This document shows positions 55,450 to 64,000 of a stretch of 64,000 bases of DNA, piece by piece. How positions within the stretch are numbered: the stretch's first letter is position 1; each line of letters starts with the position of its first letter. Origin of the DNA: an uncultured delta proteobacterium. GTDB lineage: Bacteria > Desulfobacterota > Binatia > Binatales > Binataceae. Under the pieces are notes generated by a model. That model did not search any database. It was not told the DNA's origin and saw nothing but the letters and a program-made list of their open reading frames with translations. Position numbers and translations under genes: made by a program. The stretch spans positions 544,001 through 608,000 of the forward strand of contig CAWCDG010000002.1 in assembly GCA_963794325.1 (NCBI GenBank), given 5' to 3'.

Positions 55450-57549
55450 ATGGTGCCCGAAGAGGAAAAGGAAAAACGCGCCGCGAACGAAGCTTCGGCA
55501 GATCGGACCGGCCCTGATTACGGCTCGCTGATCGATTATCCCAAGGATGCGCCCGCCCAAAGCGGCGAGGCCCTCTTCCTCGAGGACGAATCAGCGCGTA
55601 TCGATCAGAAGTTGGCCGCGACTGCCACCGAACCCGGCATCTACCTGCTGCGCGACCGCGCGGGCAAGGTGCTTTACGTCGGTAAGGCGAAGTCGTTGCG
55701 CTCGCGGGTGCGCGCCTACTTTCGCGACGGCGGTGACGGCCGCTTCCAGGTGCGCTTCCTGATGAAGCGGGTGCGTGACTTCGACACGATCGTCACGGCC
55801 AGCGAGAAGGAAGCGCTGATTCTCGAGAACAACCTGATTAAGCAGTACAAACCCCGGTACAACATCCGCCTCAAAGACGACAAATCGTACCTGAGCGCCA
55901 AGATTACCAATAGTCCGTGGCCGCGAATCACGGTCACCCGCAAGATCGTCAAGGACGGCGGTCGCTACTTCGGTCCCTTCGGCTCGGCCGACGGTCTGCG
56001 CGAGACGATCGACGTCATCCGCAAAGTATTTCCGCTTCGCACTTGCACCGACGCGGTCTTCCGCAATCGCTCGCGTCCGTGTCTCGAATATCAAATCAAA
56101 CGATGCCTCGGGCCGTGCTGCCTGCCGGTCGATCGCGAGGAGTACGGCCGCCATCTGCACGCCGCGCAGATGCTGCTGGAAGGGAAAAATCTCGAGCTGC
56201 TCCGCGAGATGCGCGATCTGATGAAGGATCACGCGTCGCGCCTCGAGTTCGAGCAGGCCGCGCGAATTCGCGACCGGGTTCACGCGATCGAAAAAACCGT
56301 CGAGCGCCAGACCGTCCTGCATCACTGGGGAATCGACGAGGACGTGTTCGGAATTTACCGCGAGGGCGGTTACATCGAGGCGATCGTGCTAATCGTGCGC
56401 GGCGGCAAACTGACCAGCACGCAGGGATGGAGCTTCCAGGATCTGGAATTTCCGGTGCACGAAATTCTCTCCGATCTGCTGACCCAGTATTACTCGGGAG
56501 CACGCAATATCCCCGACGAAGTGATCCTGCCAGTCGAGCTCGAGGACGCCGACGTGCGCTCGGAACTGCTCTCAGAGCGGCGCGGAAAGAAATGCGAAGT
56601 CATCGTCCCGCAACGCGGCGAGAAGCTCCGCCTGCTCGAAATGGCGATGGACAACGCGCGCCAGAGCTTCGCCTCGCGCCGCGACAACGAAAAAACCCGC
56701 GAGCAGATGCTCGAGGATCTGCGCGTCAAGCTCGGTCTGCGCAACACGCCGAAGCGGATGGAATGTTACGACATCTCGAATCTGCAGGGCTCGATGGTGG
56801 TCGGCTCGCAGGTCACCTTCGACGAAGGCGAGCCGTGCAAGAATCTCTACCGTCGCTACCGGATTCGCAGCTTCGAAGGCCAGGACGACTTCGCCAGCAT
56901 GTACGAAGTCCTCAAGCGCCGGATCGAGCGCGCGGTGCGTGAAAACGTCTACCCCGATTTGTGGGTGATCGACGGAGGCAAAGGGCAATTGAACGTCGCG
57001 CTCGAAGTACTGCGCGAGTTCAGGCTGCTCGATCAGATCGATTGTGTCTCGTTGGCCAAGCAGCACGTTCTCAACGATCGTCGCGAAAAGGAAGTGACCA
57101 AATCCGAGGAACGCGTCTTCGTTCCTCGCCGCAAAGATCCGATCGTGCTGCCGAAGAACTCGACCGCGCTGTTCCTGCTCGTGAGGATTCGCGACGAGGC
57201 CCATCGATTCGCGATCACCTACAACCGCGAACTGCGGCGCCGGGCGCGCCTGCGCTCGGTCCTCGACGATATCGACGGCGTCGGTCCGGTAAGGCGCCGC
57301 GCGTTGCTCCGCCACTTCGGCAGTCTCAAGCGGATTCGCGACGCGACCGTCGATGAGATCGCGGAGGTCAAGGGACTCAACCGCGATCTCGCCGCCGAGA
57401 TCCGCCGCCATCTCGACGAAATGACTGCGCTGCTCGACGTCGAAGAATCTGCCGACCCCGCGGATCAGCCGGGTCTTCCATTGGAACCGCCCGCGACTCC
57501 CGCCGGGGATAACGGCGCTCGAGTCAACGATTCGCCCACGCGAGATTGA
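55450..57549 (+). CDS. uvrC: Excinuclease ABC subunit C
   Basis: GIY..YVGKAKSLRSRV, CYDISN, IDGGKGQL, RDEAHRFA, HhH. Confidence 0.96.
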   Translation: MVPEEEKEKRAANEASADRTGPDYGSLIDYPKDAPAQSGEALFLEDESARIDQKLAATATEPGIYLLRDRAGKVLYVGKAKSLRSRVRAYFRDGGDGRFQVRFLMKRVRDFDTIVTASEKEALILENNLIKQYKPRYNIRLKDDKSYLSAKITNSPWPRITVTRKIVKDGGRYFGPFGSADGLRETIDVIRKVFPLRTCTDAVFRNRSRPCLEYQIKRCLGPCCLPVDREEYGRHLHAAQMLLEGKNLELLREMRDLMKDHASRLEFEQAARIRDRVHAIEKTVERQTVLHHWGIDEDVFGIYREGGYIEAIVLIVRGGKLTSTQGWSFQDLEFPVHEILSDLLTQYYSGARNIPDEVILPVELEDADVRSELLSERRGKKCEVIVPQRGEKLRLLEMAMDNARQSFASRRDNEKTREQMLEDLRVKLGLRNTPKRMECYDISNLQGSMVVGSQVTFDEGEPCKNLYRRYRIRSFEGQDDFASMYEVLKRRIERAVRENVYPDLWVIDGGKGQLNVALEVLREFRLLDQIDCVSLAKQHVLNDRREKEVTKSEERVFVPRRKDPIVLPKNSTALFLLVRIRDEAHRFAITYNRELRRRARLRSVLDDIDGVGPVRRRALLRHFGSLKRIRDATVDEIAEVKGLNRDLAAEIRRHLDEMTALLDVEESADPADQPGLPLEPPATPAGDNGARVNDSPTRD

Positions 57550-57595
57550 TCCGAAAGTTCTTTCGAGCACAAATCTCAATCGCGCTATCTGTATG

Positions 57596-57622
57596 TGTTG
57601 ACCTATAATCTATCAGTCAACA
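57596..57622. promoter_or_regulatory. Inverted repeat upstream of comEC
   Basis: TGTTGAC-N13-GTCAACA enclosing TATAAT. Confidence 0.5.
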
Positions 57623-57715
57623 TCATCCGCACGCCGTCCGTGATGAGCAAAGGAGTGCGTACTTATCGCTGCGGGAGCACTTTCCGTAAGACGCGCAGTC
57701 GCGCGACCTGGCGGC

Positions 57716-60346
57716 TTGGAGCAGGTTCGCTCTCTCGAACTACTGCCTCCGATTCCCGCAGTCAGCGCGGTCGAACGAGTCGCGCCGATCTATTTGGTTG
57801 CGATCTCGATCGTAACCGGTGACGCGCTTGGCAACTTTCATTTCGCGATTGCGCCGTGGGTCGCGTGGACGTTCGCTGTCGTAGCACTCGGCGCGTTTCT
57901 TAGTTCCCGAACTGCTCTCGGTCTTCTGGCAACGTATCTGGCGATCGTGCTCGCCGCGAATGTCGCGGTCACGAATCTGCTCGCTCCGACGCGCAAGCCG
58001 CATAGCATCGCAACGACGGTGGAAGGGTCGCACGTCACGATCGAAGGTCGGGTGTACCGCGAAACCGAGCACGAACCTTACGGGGATCGAATCTACCTCA
58101 AGGTCCAACGCGCCGCGGAGCAGGGTGGTTTGATGTCCGAGTCTCGCGGCAATGTTCGAATCGCGGTTCTCGGCGGCGGATCTTTCAAGTTGGGTGACGA
58201 GATTCGGCTGAGCGCGCGAATCCATTTCCCGCGCAACTACGGGGATCCGGGAGAGTTCGACTACGTGGGACTCATGGCGCGCGACGGCATCGACGCGACC
58301 ATGACCGCACCGAAGAACTCGCTCGGCTCGGCGAAGTTTCAAATCACCGGGCATCGTTCGATCTTTCCGTCAAGCCAGATCGAATCGATTAGAACTCAGA
58401 TCGGCGAGTTTTTCGATCGCAACCTCAGTTATCCCGAAAACGCCGAGATGCGCGCGCTCGTGATCGGCGATCAAGGCGAGATCGGCGATCCGCTTCGGCA
58501 GACATTCGCGCGCACCGGCATGGCGCATCTGTTGGTTATCTCCGGCTTGCATTTAAGCATCGTCGCGGCCGCGATGTTCGCCGCGGTGCGCCTTGCGATG
58601 ATGCTGTTACCCGATTTGGCGAACCGCGGTTATGCGAACAAGTTTGCCGCGCTCGCCGCGATGCTCGCAGTCTGCGCGTATGCGTCGATCGCGGGGCATC
58701 ACGTGTCGACGGTGCGTGCGCTGACGATGGTGCTCGCGTACATGCTCGCCGTAGCGATCGATCGTTCTCGCGAGGCGATGGCGTCGTTGGCGCTGGCGGC
58801 AATCGTGATTTGCGTCGCGCTCCCCGGCTCTACCGCCGACATCGGCTTCCAGCTCTCTTTCGCGTCAGTGATTGCGATCGTGCTCGGCATGCGCCGATTT
58901 GCCGCGTGGTTCGCGCGTCGCAAACGCCTCGGGATGCTGCGCGGCGAACCGTCGTTACCGCGATGGCGATATCTTCAAGCAGGCGGCGGCTATCTCGCGG
59001 TATCGTTCTGGGCGATGGTCGGGACGGCCCCGCTCACCGCGTATCACTTCAACCAGTTCGCGATAATCGGAATCGTCGCAAACGCCGTGGTGGTGCCGAT
59101 TATGGCATTCGGAGCAACCATCAGCGGACTCATCGCGGCCGCATTGAGTTTCGTCTCGGAGCCGGCCGCTCGTCCGATCCTCTTATTCGGCGCGGGCGCG
59201 CTCGCGATGGGCAACGGACTGGCTGCATGGTTCGTCGATTTGCCGCTCGCGTGGTTCCGCATCTTCACGCCGACAATTCTCGAACTCACAATCGCATACG
59301 CATTGTTGATGATTTGGCTACTCGCCCCGCTTGCTGCCGCGATAACCGGAAGAAGCTCGCGTGATGCTCACGACGAAATTGCGAGCGCCTCGCGATTCGG
59401 TTGGCCTGTTATATCGGCGATTGTCCTGGCAGTCGTGTTGACGATTGACGCGGGATACTGGACCTACGATCGTTTCTTCAATCCCGATTTGCGCGTGACG
59501 TTTTTGTCAGTAGGCGAGGGCGACGGCGCGGTGATTCGATTTCCCGGCTCGCGCGTGATGCTGATCGATGGCGGTGGCTCCTACGGCGGCTTTGACGCGG
59601 GCGAACGAATCGTCGCGCCGTACTTGTGGTCGCAGAAAATCATGCACGTCGATTACCTCGCGCTGAGCCATCCCGACCTCGACCATTTCGGCGGCCTGGA
59701 TTTCATCGCGATGAACTTTGCGCCGCGCGCGTTCTGGACCACCGGCGTGTCGAGCCTCGACCTCAGCTACGCCCGCTTCATGAACGACCTCGAGCGCTCG
59801 AAAATTCCTATCGTGCAGGTCCTCAAGGCCGCTCCCCTCGCTGCCATCGGCGGAGTTGAGATCGAGTCGCTCAACGGCGACGCCGCCGTCACGAGATCGC
59901 ACAACAACAGCTCGATGGTCTTGCGATTCAGCTTCGGCACCACGTCGATTCTGTTCACCGGCGATATCGAATCGGCCGGCGAGCGCGCGATGATCGAGAA
60001 CCGTGCTGAACTTCGCTCGACGATCCTGAAGGTGCCGCATCACGGCAGCGCGAGTTCCTCGACGGCAGCATTCATTGCCGCGGTGCATCCGGAGGCCGCG
60101 GTAATCTCGGACGGTTATTTGAACAACTTTCACTTCCCCGCGGACGCGGTTGTTCAACGTTACCTCGAAGCCGGCGTCATCCTGATGCGCACCGACCTCG
60201 CCGGCGCCGTGATGGTCGATGCCACGCCTGACCAGATGACCGTGCGAACCTTCCGTGCACGCAGCGGCGCTCCAATCCTTATCGTCCCGCCAGCGCCGCT
60301 GCGAGGCATTACTGAAACGGTACGTCACGCGTCAAACGCGGATTGA
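57716..60346 (+). CDS. comEC: DNA internalization competence protein ComEC/Rec2
   Basis: HLLVISGLH, GFQLSF, SHPDLDHFGG, LFTGDIE, KVPHHGS. Confidence 0.94.
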   Translation: MEQVRSLELLPPIPAVSAVERVAPIYLVAISIVTGDALGNFHFAIAPWVAWTFAVVALGAFLSSRTALGLLATYLAIVLAANVAVTNLLAPTRKPHSIATTVEGSHVTIEGRVYRETEHEPYGDRIYLKVQRAAEQGGLMSESRGNVRIAVLGGGSFKLGDEIRLSARIHFPRNYGDPGEFDYVGLMARDGIDATMTAPKNSLGSAKFQITGHRSIFPSSQIESIRTQIGEFFDRNLSYPENAEMRALVIGDQGEIGDPLRQTFARTGMAHLLVISGLHLSIVAAAMFAAVRLAMMLLPDLANRGYANKFAALAAMLAVCAYASIAGHHVSTVRALTMVLAYMLAVAIDRSREAMASLALAAIVICVALPGSTADIGFQLSFASVIAIVLGMRRFAAWFARRKRLGMLRGEPSLPRWRYLQAGGGYLAVSFWAMVGTAPLTAYHFNQFAIIGIVANAVVVPIMAFGATISGLIAAALSFVSEPAARPILLFGAGALAMGNGLAAWFVDLPLAWFRIFTPTILELTIAYALLMIWLLAPLAAAITGRSSRDAHDEIASASRFGWPVISAIVLAVVLTIDAGYWTYDRFFNPDLRVTFLSVGEGDGAVIRFPGSRVMLIDGGGSYGGFDAGERIVAPYLWSQKIMHVDYLALSHPDLDHFGGLDFIAMNFAPRAFWTTGVSSLDLSYARFMNDLERSKIPIVQVLKAAPLAAIGGVEIESLNGDAAVTRSHNNSSMVLRFSFGTTSILFTGDIESAGERAMIENRAELRSTILKVPHHGSASSSTAAFIAAVHPEAAVISDGYLNNFHFPADAVVQRYLEAGVILMRTDLAGAVMVDATPDQMTVRTFRARSGAPILIVPPAPLRGITETVRHASNAD

Positions 60347-60351
60347 CCCTG

Positions 60352-60369
60352 AGTACCAAAAATGGTACT
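60352..60369. promoter_or_regulatory. Toxin-antitoxin operator palindrome
   Basis: AGTACCA-AAAA-TGGTACT between TTGACC and the toxin ATG. Confidence 0.65.
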
Positions 60370-60375
60370 AGAAAT

Positions 60376-60726
60376 ATGAATCGAGTTCTCAAGCGCTTGC
60401 CCGCATCGTTCTACCGTTCCGATAGCGGGCGCGAGCCAGTACGCGAGTGGCTCAAGAGCCTTGAGCCGGAGGACCGGAAAGTGATCGGCGAGGACATCAA
60501 GGACGTTGAGTTTTCATGGCCGATCGGGATGCCGCTCGTTCGTCCGCTTGGCCGCGAATTGTGGGAGGTCCGGAGCAGATTGCCGCGCCGCCGCATTGCG
60601 CGGGTCCTTTTCTGCATCGAGCAGGGGCGCATGGTGCTGCTGCACGGCTTCATCAAGAAGTCCCAGAAGACGTCGCGACACGACATCGACCTGGCACATA
60701 AACGGAGAACAGGAGTAGCCACATGA
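60376..60726 (+). CDS. Type II TA toxin, RelE/ParE (Gp49-like) family
   Basis: SGREPVREWL, WPIGMPLVR, LWEVRS, LLHGFIKKSQKT. Confidence 0.9.
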   Translation: MNRVLKRLPASFYRSDSGREPVREWLKSLEPEDRKVIGEDIKDVEFSWPIGMPLVRPLGRELWEVRSRLPRRRIARVLFCIEQGRMVLLHGFIKKSQKTSRHDIDLAHKRRTGVAT

Positions 60727-61004
60727 AAAAGAAGCACGTTGGCTCATCTTTCGACAGCTGGCTCCGAGAAGAAGGCATCTACGAGGAAGTCACGGCTAAC
60801 GCCATTAAGCGCGTCCTCGCCCGGCAGGTTGAGGCCGCTATGAAGGAGAGACATTTTTCCAAGGCGGAAATGGCGCGCAGGATGTGCACCAGCCGCGCCG
60901 CGCTTGACCGCTTGCTCGATCCCGACTACGACGCGGTGACGTTGAGCACGCTGCGGAAAGCAGCCACCGCTGTCGGTCGTCAACTTCGCCTGGAACTTGT
61001 ATAA
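60723..61004 (+). CDS. Type II TA antitoxin, XRE HTH
   Basis: HVGSSFDSWL, SKAEMARRM.TSR..LDRLLDP; ATGA overlap with the toxin. Confidence 0.9.
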   Translation: MKKKHVGSSFDSWLREEGIYEEVTANAIKRVLARQVEAAMKERHFSKAEMARRMCTSRAALDRLLDPDYDAVTLSTLRKAATAVGRQLRLELV

Positions 61005-61109
61005 ATGATCTTGGAGCGATCAATCAGAGCAAACGTTCAGAGCGAGATGTAAAATCGGCGTGCGATTCTATCGACCCCGCCCATCACTCTAAGCTACAAA
61101 TGAATTGCG

Positions 61110-62256
61110 ATGGATCTCGAACTCACTGAAGCGCAACGCGGCGCGCGCGATGTTGCGCGACGCTTCGCTCGCGAGAAGCTCGGGCCAATCGGCGTCGAGG
61201 CCGATCGCTCGCATCGGTATCCCAGTGAAGCAATCGACGAACTCGCGCGGCTCGGGATGCTGGGCATCTTCCTGCCTGAGCAGTACGGCGGCGCGGGCCT
61301 CGACCACGTCGCGTATTCGCTGGTGCTTGAGGAGCTCGCGGTCGAATGCGCGTCCACCGCGGTCATCATGTCGGCGCATTGCTCGCTGGCGTCGTGGCCG
61401 ATTCTAGGTCTGGGTACAACCCACCAGAAAAATCATTTCCTGCCGAAGATGGCGACCGGGAGCTGGCTCGGATGCTTCGCGCTAACCGAGCCGCAAGCGG
61501 GGTCCGACGCTGCCGGTCAGAAGACGCGCGCGGTGCTCGATGGCGATTCGTACGTAATCAACGGCACCAAGAATTTCATCACCAACGCCCCGCAATCGAA
61601 GGTCGCGATCGTGTTTGCGATGACCCAGCCCGACAAGGGCCATCACGGGATCAGCGCGTTTGCGGTCGAGACGGACACACCGGGATGGGCGGTCACGCGC
61701 GTCGAAGACAAAATGGGGATTCACGGCGCGCACTCGCGCGCAGTTGAGTTTTTCGGATATGCGCGTACCGCGCGAGAACCTGCTGCTCGAAGAAGGGCAG
61801 GGGTTCAAGGTCGCGATGAAGACGCTCGACGGCGGCAGGATCGGGATCGCGTCGCAGGCGCTGGGAATCGCGCGCGCGTCGCTGGAGGCGTCGTTGAAGT
61901 ACGCGCAGGAGCGGCTGACATTTGGCAAGCCGCTCTCTCAATACCAGGCGATTCAGTGGAAGCTCGCCGACATGGCGGTAGAGATCGATGCCGCCCGACT
62001 GCTGACGCATCGCGCGGCGACGCTGAAGGATCGCGGCGAGTCGTGCACCAAGGAATCCGCGATGGCGAAGCTGTTCGCCGCCGAGACCGCGATGAAGTCC
62101 GCGGTCGAGGCGGTGCAGATTCATGGCGGCTACGGTTACACCAAGGAGTTCAAGGTCGAGCGCTTTTTCCGCGACGCCAAGATTACTGAGATATACGAAG
62201 GCACGTCCGAGATTCAGCGGCTCGTGATAGCGAGCAGTGTGCTCGAAAATCGGTGA
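61110..62256 (+). pseudogene. Short/branched-chain acyl-CoA dehydrogenase with a +1 frameshift near 61737
   Basis: FALTEPQAGSD and KMGIHG in one frame; LDGGRIGIA, QIHGGYGY and EIYEGTSEIQR in another; span 1147 nt = 3n+1. Confidence 0.88.
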
Positions 62257-62266
62257 GGATCGGCCT

Positions 62267-63901
62267 GTGAGCAACAAAAAGAAATGGCTCGAGACGACCT
62301 ACCAGCAGGCCAGCGCGCGTCCGGTTCGCTTCTCGACCGTAAGCGACATGGAGCTCGACCCGCTCTACACGCCCGACGATGTGACCGGATCCTACGATGA
62401 CGCGCTCGGCAACCCCGGCGAGTATCCGTACACACGCGGTGTGTACGGCTCGATGTATCGCGGACGCTTGTGGACGATGCGCCAGTTCGCGGGCTTCGGA
62501 CTCGCCGAGGACACCAACGCGCGCTTTCACTTTCTGCTGGGGCAGGGCCAGGACGGGCTTTCGACCGCGTTCGACATGCCGACGCTGATGGGCTACGACG
62601 CCGACCACGAACGCGCGCTCGGCGAAGTTGGACGCGAAGGCGTTTCGGTCTCGACGGTCTACGACATGGCGACGCTGTTCGATCGAATCCCGCTCGACCG
62701 GGTCACGACCTCGATGACCGTGAATTGCTCGGCGTCGATCCTGCTCGCGATGTACCTGGTCGTGGCCGAGCGCAATGGAATTCCGTGGGATCGCGTCGGC
62801 GGCACCATTCAAAACGACATGCTCAAGGAGTACATCGCGCAGAAGGAATGGATTTGCCCGCCGCGCCCGGCGCTTCGAATCGTCACCGACATGATCGAGT
62901 TTTGCGCGCGCAAAGTTCCGCGATGGCACGCTGTGTCGATTTCCGGCTACCACATCCGTGAGGCCGGCTCGACCGCGGTGCAGGAGCTGGCGTTCACGAT
63001 CGCCGACGGCATCTGCTACGTCGATGAGGCCGTCAAGCGCGGGATCCCCGTCGACGACTTCGCGCAGCGCCTGTCGTTCTTCTGGAACCTGCACAACGAT
63101 TTTCTCGAAGAGGTCGCCAAGCTCCGCGCCGCGCGCCGGATGTGGGCGCGAATCATGAAGGATCGTTTCGGTGCGAAGAATCCGAAATCGATGATGCTGC
63201 GGACCCACGCACAGACTGCGGGAGCGTCGCTGACCGCGCAGCAGCCGATCAACAACGTGGTGCGCGTCGCCATCCAGGCGCTGGCCGGAGTGCTCGGCGG
63301 AATCCAGTCGCTGCACACCAATTCGATGGACGAGACGCTCGCGCTGCCCACCGAGCAGGCCGTGATGGTCGCGCTGCGCACGCAACAAGTCATCGCCGAA
63401 GAGACCGGCGTGACCAATACGATCGATCCGTTCGGCGGCAGCTACGCGGTCGAGGCGCTCACGGACCGGATGGAGCGCGAGGCGAACGACTACATTCGAC
63501 GCATCGACGAGATGGGCGGGATGGTCAAGGCAATCGAGACCGGCTATCCGCAGCGCGAGATCGCCGAGGCGGCGTTTCATTTTCAGCGTCAGCTCGAGCA
63601 GGGAATCAAGACGGTGGTCGGCGTCAACAAGTATTCGATCCCGGAAGAGATCCCGATCGCGACGCTCAAGATTGATCCCGAGATCGAAGAGCGTCAGATT
63701 CAGCGCGTGCGCAAGGTCAAGCGCGAACGAAACTCCGTCGCCGTCAAGGAAGCGCTCGCGCGCGTTGCCGAGGCGTGTCGCTCGAGCGAGAACCTGATGG
63801 AACCGATTTGCGAGGCGGTGCGCCGCGACGCGACGGTCGGCGAAGTGTGCGATATCTTTCGTGCGGAGTTTGGCGTGTACACAGACCCAGGCTGGATTTA
63901 G
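62267..63901 (+). CDS. icmA: B12-dependent acyl-CoA mutase large subunit, isobutyryl-CoA mutase type
   Basis: [46 protein letters not shown]. Confidence 0.8.
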   Translation: MSNKKKWLETTYQQASARPVRFSTVSDMELDPLYTPDDVTGSYDDALGNPGEYPYTRGVYGSMYRGRLWTMRQFAGFGLAEDTNARFHFLLGQGQDGLSTAFDMPTLMGYDADHERALGEVGREGVSVSTVYDMATLFDRIPLDRVTTSMTVNCSASILLAMYLVVAERNGIPWDRVGGTIQNDMLKEYIAQKEWICPPRPALRIVTDMIEFCARKVPRWHAVSISGYHIREAGSTAVQELAFTIADGICYVDEAVKRGIPVDDFAQRLSFFWNLHNDFLEEVAKLRAARRMWARIMKDRFGAKNPKSMMLRTHAQTAGASLTAQQPINNVVRVAIQALAGVLGGIQSLHTNSMDETLALPTEQAVMVALRTQQVIAEETGVTNTIDPFGGSYAVEALTDRMEREANDYIRRIDEMGGMVKAIETGYPQREIAEAAFHFQRQLEQGIKTVVGVNKYSIPEEIPIATLKIDPEIEERQIQRVRKVKRERNSVAVKEALARVAEACRSSENLMEPICEAVRRDATVGEVCDIFRAEFGVYTDPGWI

Positions 63902-63904
63902 GCG

Positions 63905-64000
63905 ATGGCGGAAAAGAGACTCAGAATTCTGGTCGCGAAACCCGGGCTCGACGGCCACGATCGCGGCGCGAAAATTATCGCGCGCGCGCTGCGTGACGGC
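63905..64000 (+). CDS. Cobalamin-binding small subunit of acyl-CoA mutase, partial
   Basis: [23 protein letters not shown] (DxHxxG). Confidence 0.9.
   Translation, partial: MAEKRLRILVAKPGLDGHDRGAKIIARALRDG

Noticed and set aside
12482-57549. uvrA, uvrB, uvrC, ssb, comF and comEC considered as one DNA-repair/competence island with an SOS box
   Set aside because: The genes are dispersed among unrelated loci and no shared upstream motif was seen by eye

Overview
GC-rich bacterial chromosome segment, almost entirely coding. The gene content and order (rnj-ftsK-lolA-rimO-dksA, many acyl-CoA dehydrogenases and SDRs, split B12 mutase) suggest a deltaproteobacterium-like lineage, possibly Binatia; this is an inference. 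It carries housekeeping genes (purM, purN, uvrA, uvrB, uvrC, ssb, comF, comEC), three tandem OmpA-family lipoproteins and a RelE/XRE toxin-antitoxin pair. No tRNA, rRNA, CRISPR, integrase or transposase was seen. The main finding is a tightly coupled seven-gene minus-strand operon at 37999-48636: TetR, HAD hydrolase, LarA-domain protein, an ElbD-like FAR/adenylation/ACP/acyltransferase enzyme, a dual-specificity phosphatase, phosphatidylcholine synthase and an unknown two-domain hydrolase. It resembles the myxobacterial ether-lipid (elb) cluster extended with a head-group module. Also notable are a four-hairpin candidate sRNA with anti-Shine-Dalgarno loops (about 51748-51900), a REP-like repeat family with covarying hairpins, apparent gene conversion among the OmpA copies, two sigma-54 promoters, and two clear plus one possible single-base frameshift that may be assembly errors. 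All calls come from motif reading by eye; no database searches were run.
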